A stretch of 64,000 nucleotides of DNA from Bugula neritina. Lineage: Eukaryota; Animalia; Bryozoa. The stretch is from positions 31,636,628 to 31,700,627 of the forward strand of contig OZ037767.1 in NCBI GenBank assembly GCA_964035545.1, written 5' to 3'. Within the stretch, counting starts at the first letter, position 1. Each line of letters begins with the position of its first letter. Shown here one piece after another: positions 25,443-62,200 of this stretch. Position numbers and translations under genes: made by a program. Under the pieces are notes generated by a model. It was given only the letters and a program-made list of their open reading frames with translations. It had not been told where the DNA came from and searched no databases.

Positions 25443-26411
25443 ATGGATATGAGTATGGGGTACTACCTACTTATGCTGATGTTGTGCTGCCTGTTGGTGG
25501 AAGAAGTTGAAGCTGACTTTGAGCATACTTGTGCTAGCGATGACTTCGCTAGAAGCGGAGCTTACCATAGCTGTGGCTCCAGGCTGACCTCGCTAGTGCT
25601 GAGTAAATGTGACGGGAATCCCTACCTAGGCAACAGAAGTAAGTTTCTGTTCACTGACTTTACTTACTCTTCTTTAGAACTCGACTGAAGAAGAGTTGGT
25701 GTAGTGAATAAACAACTACTGCAAGAATAAAGTTTTTGTTATTGATATTTTTAAATTTATTATCAGAATATATAGGAACTTATACTGAAAGCTTGTTTAC
25801 ATAAATGCTTACAACGTAAATTTATATTTGCAGGAAAAAGAGACCTTGAAAAAATATCACTAACAATGGAATCCGCAAACTCCTACCTTCGACCTAAAAG
25901 AAACTACGAGTATGTCGCAACTGGCATGGAAGTGGGCATAATCTGCGAATGCTGCGTCAACACCTGCACGATACGGGAACTCGATCAATACTGTGAGAAC
26001 AAGCGCAAGAAGAGATCAGTGAGAGAGATTCTGACTCCCACACAAGAGAGCAAGACCTACTTCTCAGAGAAAGATGTGGAGAAGTTCTACGAAGAGTTGA
26101 AAGAGTTGCCAGAGTCGAAGGAAAACGAAGAAGAAAGTCTGCCCACGAGCCTTGAAGAGTACGAGACCATCGTGGCACTCGACAACATCAAGCGTAAGAA
26201 CATCGCGATGAAGCAGATGTATTTATCACAAGCAAATGAAGTCAATGGTGCCGTTATGTCAACCAATAGCAAAACCAGACAAAATACTAACTCGAATAAA
26301 CAGGCTAATATTAGGATTTTCTCGACAATCATATCTGGTATGCCACCATCAGACCACAAACACAGACACAAACACGACAAGCGCCATTTAAAACACAGGG
26401 AGAAAGTATGA
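25443..26411 (+). CDS. Insulin-like peptide precursor 6; exons 25443-25638, 25834-26411; 257 aa
   Basis: Signal MDMSMGYYLLMLMLCCLLVEEVEA; B chain DFEHTC..SCGSRLTSLVLSKCDG..RRKR; phase-1 intron A|gtaagt ... tttgcag|GA; C peptide ..ANSYLRPKR; A chain GIICECCVNTCTIRELDQYC; KRKKR plus extension with a His/Lys/Arg-rich tail. Confidence 0.93.
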
Positions 26412-27497
26412 GACCATTTGTCTGCGGTGCTACTTTCCACGCTAAGGAATGCAATTCCAAGTGACTCCCTTTCTATTGTAATACTATGTGTAGTACAGTT
26501 TCTGCTTACAAGCATTTAAACTCTGTATGAAAGTACTTAGAGCATTATCTGTGATGTTTGTTATATTTCCTCCACCACTAATACTCATGTTGCACATGAA
26601 TGTCAGTACTTGTTGATATATTTTTGTAACTAAAACCTGCTGCGTGAACCCATTTTAGACAATTGTTACCATCCAAATGGTTGATTATTTATTGTTTTTA
26701 TTTATTTATTTATTTACTGCATTGTAAACTGATATCAACTTTTAATACAATCAAATGAAAATATGAATGTTTACCAGTCTGGTAATTATTCTGCAGGCAG
26801 CAGTGTGTATATAATTACAATTTACTCAATTTGAATGCAGCAACCATAACTCTAATGCAATTAAACAGATTCAGTGATGTTAATGAAATGAAATTGAATA
26901 TTGTCTCAAATTGTCAGTCCAGAGGCGAATTCCTGCACCAGCCACTGTAGCACTACTACACTTGGGTTAACAGCACTCATCCAGGGCCCTGCAGTAATTC
27001 TAGGAATGCATTGTCCCATTTTTAACATCAAAACAGGAAATGGATATTTGAATGGACCATAATTCAATGTCAGTAATTGAGTGTAGCCCACATCTAACGT
27101 GCCAGTTCCAAGGATATTATCTTGCTAATTTCATTCCAACTTCATATCTTCATTTGTTAGAGGCCTGACCCCAGGTTAATGCAGCTCATCCTCTACCTCA
27201 ATCAGCTCTCCCAATCACCATTCAGCATGTCTCCAACCTTTAGAAGTCATTGTACTGCATTTACATGCTTCTACTAGTCCTCTTTAGAACTATTTTACTA
27301 GCTGATAGAACATGCAACTTTTTATGTGAAAAACTTCATTTAGGCAACAACAATACAAGTATTGCAACCGTGTGTCTAGGTTTTAAACTCATATACTTCA
27401 GGATGGGAAACCATTCCCCCTCACTAACTGCAGTATGTTGTAATAGATTTTGAACTAAGATGTTTGCAATACTAAGACATGTATATTAGAGGTAGAA

Positions 27498-27502
<5 letters not shown>

Positions 27503-27589
<87 letters not shown>

Positions 27590-27592
27590 GGA
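27503..27592. repeat. (GA)n microsatellite followed by a poly-G run
   Basis: Visible. Confidence 0.95.
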
Positions 27593-28154
27593 GAGAGGGT
27601 GGAACTGATGCTTTCTGCCTTAGATATTTCTACTGATGAGTATCAGCGGGTGGGTTTGCTTGAAACCCTCAACTGGCCAAGGAATTGCTTGGGACCCTCA
27701 ACTGGCCAAGGAACCTCCAAATCCCCCAGTCATTTACAAAAGCAAAGAGCCACACAAAGCAGCTGCTTAACTCAGTGTAAGATTTACTATTACCACGAGT
27801 TTCATTGCTTTACACTTGATGCAAAATCTCAAATTTGCATATAAAATGTAAACAAGGTGAAAAATGTCAAAATGACTGCAATTAGCAAAAAGCATCAATT
27901 GTGGTATCAATTAGCATTGTAAAACACGATGTGGTTATGCAATATCTAGCTTTGCTGAGCATCAGCCCATTGTTATAAGCTGTTTACAACCACAGATCAT
28001 TCCTGGGGCTAGAAACTGTATGTGCACATGGCATGGTTGGAGAGAGAATATGCTGTAATTCTTACTGCAAACCTTGCTGTAATTCATGCTGCAATTCCTG
28101 TGGCAGGTAGTAGAATACTAAAAAGTATTGTGGGGAAAAAAGGTGGATGTAATA

Positions 28155-28720
28155 CTATTGGGTTAGGGACAGAGTGCTATGAAGTTAGGGACAGAGTGCT
28201 ATGAAGTTAGGGACAGAGTACTATTGGGTTAGGGACAGAGTGCTATGGAGTTAGGGACAGAGTGCTATGGAGTTAGAGACAAAGAGCTATGGAGTTAGGG
28301 ACAGAGTGCTATGGAGTTAGGGACAGAGTGCTATGGAGTTAGAGACAAAGAGCTATGGAGTTAGGGACAGAGTGCTATGGAGTTAGGGACAGAGTGCTAT
28401 GGAGTTAGAGACAAAGAGCTATGGAGTTAGGGACAGAGTGCTATGGAGTTAGGGACAGAGTGCTATGGAGTTAGGGATAGAGTGCTAAGGGGTTAGGGAC
28501 AAAGAGCTATGGAGTTAGGGACAGAGCGCTATGGAGCTAAAGACAGAGTGCTATGAAGTTAGGGATAGAGTACTATGGGTTAGAGACAGAGTGCTATGGA
28601 GTTAGGGACAGAGCGCTATGGAGCTAAAGACAGAGTGCTATGAAGTTAGGGATAGAGTACTATGGGTTAGAGACAGAGTGCTATGGAGCTAAAGACAAAG
28701 AGCTATGGAGTTAGGGACAG
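28155..28720. repeat. 22-bp minisatellite (ggacagagtgctatggagttag) containing TTAGGG
   Basis: ~25 visible copies. Confidence 0.92.
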
Positions 28721-30672
28721 CGATGGAGTGATAGAGGTAATCCACGTAAACAGACATGGATTATTAACCAATTGCTCAACAAGCTGCTCTCTGGTAATCT
28801 CTAAAGCCCTCAGATCAGATTATACAGTGCACTCGCTAGCAGTGAAAGCTTGTAAATATCTTCTTGCATTTTTCCACAATAATAGCTGGTAAAAGGTTAT
28901 AGCGAACTCTTTATAATATTTCTTCAACTTAACTGGATGTTAGGTGCAGCTATGGACTGATCCCCACGCTGTGGTGTAACAGTTCTATTGTCTATGGATT
29001 TTATGAAAAGAGGATAAACATTTTAATCCAATTGTTCTTTTGACTTGTAGTCCAATAACAATAATTATTGATACAAATTACATTTTTCAAAACAAATATG
29101 TCTAGAAAAAGAATTATTAACAAATTTGCATAACAATACAATATGCATAAATAATCAGCACGATAAATATAATGTGTTTGTTTCAATAAGTAAGTGCATT
29201 GAATTGCCATCTGAACAGTTTATAGAATTAAAGGAAGAACACTTTTTATGGCAGATATTTTCTATAAAATGAAAACTTAAGAAGGCCAAGGTCATTAATA
29301 CTTGGCTAAACATCAGCAAAAAATTTGTTACAGATTGAAATATGTTCCAAATCTTAGAAATTAAATTTTCAAACTTTAGCTGTAATACTGCCCACCCTCG
29401 TAGACTTTACACCTGAACTGCTGTAAACAATTATGGACTTTGGTGTTCACAAAAGGAGTAATACCCCATTAGCACTTAATACTAATATGTTCTAATATGA
29501 AGTATAATCATGTAATACATAATAATATACTATGTTATATTAGGCCTTTAAACTTGAATCCCAACAATGCAGTAATAATACATATTCAATAGTCACAGTA
29601 GATTATCTTCATCAAAATTGGGGAACAAGGCTAAGATATCTACTGATAAATTGGATGGTTTAACATATTCTTGTAGCCTTTTGGTGGCTGCTGTTGAACG
29701 TTAACCTCACTGGGTGACCTGTAGACACCCTGAGGTAGGCCAGTGCAGAAAATATAAGCAATATGATGGTGTGTGTAAGCCAGCTGTGCTTGTGACTACA
29801 TAGTATACTATTTAGAGATGTTGTTGCTAATGACTTCATATACACATCAAATAGCATCAAACACACAGTGTGTTTGTGAATGGGGTTGACATTTACTGCA
29901 GTTGATGAGCTTCTCTGAGACACATCAATAGGATGATAGGTGGTTGTTTACAGGTGAAGAGGTACTCAGCAAACAGCTGAGGCCAGGCAAGTCTATTTCA
30001 CACAGATTTATTAAAATACCACATAAATAGAGGTAATAGTCAATACGACCAGCAGATGTGTGAATATTACGGTACCAAAAGAGATTAATGAGTGGACGGA
30101 GGTTGAAATAGAACAAAAATGTAGAACTGCCTCAGGTAGACATGAGATCAACTGATGAAAACTTCAAAAGATGGAAACATAAAATCAAAGGACAGGTTGA
30201 GCTTTAGATTATCATCAAAAACATACTAAACAGACAACACATTGCAAAACAAATAAGTTTAGTTGAGTTTTCTAAAACATGAAATCACAATCAGAAAATA
30301 TTATTCCAGGATTTAAAGATCTATACATAGAAACCAATATACCAAGTATTGTAAGTATGTAAGTATGTGAGTATAGTAAGTATGTAAGTATTGTAAGTAT
30401 TGTAAGTATTACACTTATTTAAAAACTGAATACAACAATGCTACAAGGTATCTTTTCAATCACACAACTTATTTAGTAAGACAACACCCTGTCATGTGGT
30501 CTTGCCATCCGGAGGCATTCCTTAGTCCACGTCTAAACTACAGATATTTGTAGAGAATGTACAGACTGAGAACAGTTTCAGTGGTACACGAGCTGAATGG
30601 GCGGAATTTATTGTGAAGTTTTGTAATTGTGAGGGCACGCCGTGGACAGGATATAGCTAGGACAGGATGTGA

Positions 30673-53506
<22,834 letters not shown>

Positions 53507-55094
53507 CACTATAGGATCACAGTCTAGGAAACCAAATTGCAACTAGCCAAAAATACAAATAAAACTTACAACTATTACTTTCAGCAAAAGAGTTTCACTT
53601 TAGCAACACTGTCAACATAACATTAGTTTAATCTATTTCAACACAAATAAATATAGGAAAAGAATTTGCTTTTTTAGTGAAATAAAAAATAATTGCAATC
53701 ATATTCATACTACTTGTGAGAATGAAAAAATTAAATAGCATTGTTTCCGCATTTTACAAGCTTCTTGACATCTTTCACAACGTAATAATAATTATTATGG
53801 TAATGATTACCATAAACATAAGATGTCTATTTAATTTTGACAGGTTAATGATAATCATAACAGTAATGGCTATGAATATGGGTGTGACAATTACTATTAG
53901 TATTAGTACTACCTATCAGTATCACCAATCAGTATACAAATCATAATAATACACACTAATTTAGATGAAGATTATCATAATTTCCTTAAGTTTAATAACA
54001 TCATAATGATAACATGATTATAATAATCTAATCATATTTAAAACATTGATAATGCTGAATTCATTTATGATTATTATAAATATAATTTATTAATTGATGT
54101 ATTATAATTATTATTATTATAATGATAATCATAGAATAAGAATGATAATCATGAAGATAATCATAATGATTATGATAATATACATATTCATATTGTAATT
54201 GATGGTAATAATAATATGATATTTATATTGAGTTTGAATATCCCAATGACATAGTCATAGTGATACTCAGTCATACTCATAGTCATACTCATAGTGATGC
54301 TGATAGTGATACTCACACTCACAGTCACTGATAGTGATAATCATACTCATAATTCATTTGTGATATAGTCAGATACTAATACAGTGTACCCACACCCAGT
54401 ATGAGCTTAAGTATCACTGTTATACTTGGTTTTACTGTCACAACGGCGATAAAAATCTAATTATATCACATTCTCATTTTAAATCTCTGCTGGTGGAATA
54501 CCAAATTTGATCAAAAATTGTAAATATTTACGAAAAAGAAATTAATTTTATTCGCTTTATTTGCCTATCCTAGATTCTCAGCAAGATTTTTTATTTTAGC
54601 GTTTCGCTACAATGTAACGTGACGGCTGAAATGTATAGTTTTGACACCTGGGCTATGAAACTTAAACATTCAAACATATTTAGTTTGATTCAAAATCCAG
54701 GGCAGCCAGTTTGATCTATTAACTTTAACCCTTTGAAGGCAGCAAAGTATGGTTTCCTGCTAATATCAGTATCACCATTATAATTATATTCGACATATTT
54801 TAAAATATGCATTCAATTATATTGTTGGATAAAAATTACAATTTGAATTACTATTTGATAATTATATTATTGTTAATTTTATAGTTTATATTAATTGTTA
54901 AATCTAAAGCAAATCTTCTTCTCCTGTTTTATTCAAATATTTAAATCATATTTATAATTATTGTGTGTTACACCTACTACAACTTGATCTACGTTAGTTA
55001 TTTGTGTAATTTAAGTTTACATAACTTATAGTCAGATAAGCAGCTGATGCTATAGTCATAGAGGGCGTTGCAGTTTATTTAAAGTTAGAGATAG

Positions 55095-58709
<3,615 letters not shown>

Positions 58710-59288
58710 TGCTTTTGGACATGTGACTCACATCTTGGACATGTGACTCACGTCTTGGACATGTGATATCATGTTACATCATGTGGTAAAAATCGTCATA
58801 TAATTTGGTGCTTAGGTCTACAGTCTACACACTACCTTTTTACTGATATTTAAGTCAGGAGTCTTTTTCTATAAAACCCTATCTGTATTATTTGAATTTA
58901 GTCATGTATTAGATTTATGAATACGATTAAATTTATATATTTTATTAATATAATATTTTTAAACGTCACAGTCAGAGTAATAGTGTTACCAACTTACACA
59001 AGTATCATATTTTCAGTTAATACTCGTCACTGGGGTGGGTTTCCAGCCACTTCCAACTTCCGTGATGTTAGTGGGAAGGCCAATACATAATTTCACTATC
59101 TACTATCAACACATGGCGTACTCTGGCTCACTGATTATTGAGTTTGAAATAAACAAATTACACAACCAAAAATACTGAAGACATAAATATTCAGCCAACT
59201 AGCAAAGCAAACATCTTATGAGTCATTTAAAAATGGCGGGTGTTAAAGATGAGCGCGTAGCAAGTCTACATTTTAGTTAGTTGAGGAG

Positions 59289-62200
59289 CTAAACTTGTAG
59301 TAATAACGCAACACCACCCAAAATCCACTTGGCTGCCTTTTCCTTTGTTTTAAGGTTGAAAGTCCAGACAAACGTGGGACCTCGTTGTTTAGTTTTATAG
59401 ACGGGACACTCATAGACATTCTTGGTCTCCATTCGGTCAACAGGAATGGCTTTAATAAACATGACTGGCATGGCAGGTGCCAGCTCCTTCAGTCTAGCCT
59501 CACCAATCATACCAGACTGGGTGTCCCACCTAGCCCCCTCCATGAACAGGCCGTGGACATATGCTCCCTCCCTCGGGGGGCCACTCATGTCCTCCCGAGA
59601 CTTCTTAGTTACATCGCACTGCAGCGCCATCTTGTCAAGCGGCCATTCATTCTTACGAGCCATCTGCTGCATGATAGCCGTGAGGAAAGACTGCGGGTTG
59701 AAGAAGCCAGCCAACCAGACAGCAGAAGGCAGCTGGAAGTCGCTGACCCAAGTCTCCAGCTCCTTCACTCTCAGTAGCAAGTCAGCATACCACTGGGAGA
59801 GTCCGAAGAGAGAGGGGTAGGCCCTCTTAGACCACGAGTCTGGCACTACGTCCAGGAAGAGGGAGTTTCCTAGGTTCTCCATGTCACTGGTGATGGTAAG
59901 TTCCCCCTGTAAGTAGTATATGGTATACAGTAAGTTCCCCCTGTAAGTAGTATATGGTATATACAGTAAGTTCCCCCTGTAAGTAGTATATGGTATATAT
60001 ACAGTATCGAGTATTATGTAATGACTGACCTTGAGACCCAAGTCAAGCTCCTTCAAAGATCTCCTAATCTCATTGGTTAAGCCATTCATTCTCTCACACT
60101 CCTGGAAAGCTACGATGACATAAGGAGTTCTCTCCTCAGGTGGTACTTTGTTCATTATCTCATACATGTTGAACTCATCAGGCAGCTTCTCCACAATCTC
60201 ATCAAGTATCGCCTGCAAATATAACCACCGTTCTATAATCCAAAGTAAATCATTTGGGAGGTGACAAGACACCCCCTTCCCTTCAGCAAGCAGCACCAAC
60301 TAGCGACGCATGCAGACAAATACCAACTATATAAATGAACAAAAGCACGTTACTTTAATTCTTTCGTCTTTAGTAGCTCCAGTTCCACCACCAGAGCTGG
60401 CGTCTCTTGGCTGCATCTCCAGAACAGTCTTGAACAAAGCATCAGAGTTGGTGGTGAGGAACTCTATTTCGGCGTTGGGGTGAAGGCCGTAGAGATAGGG
60501 GCTCTCCGGAGGCAAGCATTCGTCTATGTAGGCGTGGTACCCGTTGTAGTCAGAGTTGGGGGGCAGAGGGAACCCAGGGGCTAGATACAGCTCTCCTTCC
60601 AGCTGTATAAATATACCACGTCTCAGTATATATAAATATACCATGTCTTAGTATATATAAATATACCATGTCTTAGTATATAATATAAATATACTACGTC
60701 TGAGTATATATAAATATACTACGTCTCAGTATATATAAATATACCACGTCTGAGTATATATAAATATACCACGTCTGAGTATATATAAATATACCACGTC
60801 TGAGTATATATAGATATACCACGTCTTAGTATATATAGATATACTACGTCTGAGTATATATAAATATACCACGTCTGAGTATATATAAATATACTACGTC
60901 TTAGTATATATAGATATACCACGTCTGAGTATATATAAATATACTACGTCTGAGTATATATAAATATACCACGTCTGAGTATATATAGATATACCACGTC
61001 TGAGTATATATAAATATACCACGTCTGAGTATATATAGATATACCACGTCTGAGTATATATAGATATACCACGTCTGAGTATATATAAATATACCACGTC
61101 TGAGTATATATAAATATACTACGTCTCAGTATATATAGATATACCACGTCTGAGTATATATAAATATACCACGTCTGAGTATATATAGATATACCACGTC
61201 TGAGTATATATAAATATACCACGTCTGAGTATATATAGATATACCACGTCTGAGTATATATAAATATACCACGTCTGAGTATATATAAATATACCACGTC
61301 TGAGTATATATAAATATACTACGTCTGAGTATATAATATAAATACCATGTCCGGATGCATGTACTCCTCGAGGTAAGTTCGACACAGCTTCCTGTCCCAG
61401 TCGTCAGTGATATGTCCGCCATACATGATCTCTCCAAACAGATACCGAAGATCTTGCCAGGGTACTTTTGCGTTGGCCTCCAGATAGTTGTATAGCACCA
61501 TGGCACTGATGGTAAGGTCTCCAGTGTTGTATGGGTACACTCTGTTCCAGCCTACAGAACCGCACTCTAGTAGTTACAGTACTCTAGTAGTTATAGTACT
61601 CTAGTAGTTACAGTACTCTAGTAGTTATAGTACTCTAGTAGTTACAGTACTCTAGTAGCAATAGTACTCTAGTAGTCATAGTACTGTAACTGATGTCTCA
61701 TGTCTCACCTTGAGGTCCAAACTTCCTTCTTTCGCAGACGACGGCGTGGAAGTAGCAGAGAGCGAATAGAATGCTCCGGAACTCGTTTTCTCTCGCACAC
61801 ATCTCCAGAGTGTCCTGGTTGAAGTTGTCCAGAGCTTTATGCAGGTTCGCAGTCATACCAGTTGGCGGTTCATTCGTTATTTTAATGGCCGATTCCAGAA
61901 TACCCTAGCCAAATAAATTAAGGATATTATCCCTGTATAGTAATACACATGTAACTGTATAGTAACACACGTGTAACTGTATAGTAATACACGTGTAACT
62001 GTATAGTAATACACATATAGCTGTATAGTAATACACATGTAACTGTATAGTACTACACATGTAACTGTATAGTAACACACATGTAGCTGTATAGTAACAC
62101 ACATGTAACTGTATAGTAATACACATGTAACTGTATAGTAATACACATGTAACTGTATAGTAATACACATGTAACTGTATAGTAACACATGTAGCTGTAT

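Noticed and set aside
26906-27120. Minus-strand ORF with faint kringle-like words (NYCR, GPW)
   Set aside because: The words lie in different frames with stops and the Cys pattern is incomplete; likely chance.
53507-55094. Expected RFX X-box in the CAPS2/PHYHD1 divergent promoter region
   Set aside because: No convincing GTNRCC-N0-3-RGYAAC match found.
59385-59820. Plus-strand ORFs of 130-132 aa
   Set aside because: Antisense shadows of the dynein terminal exon.
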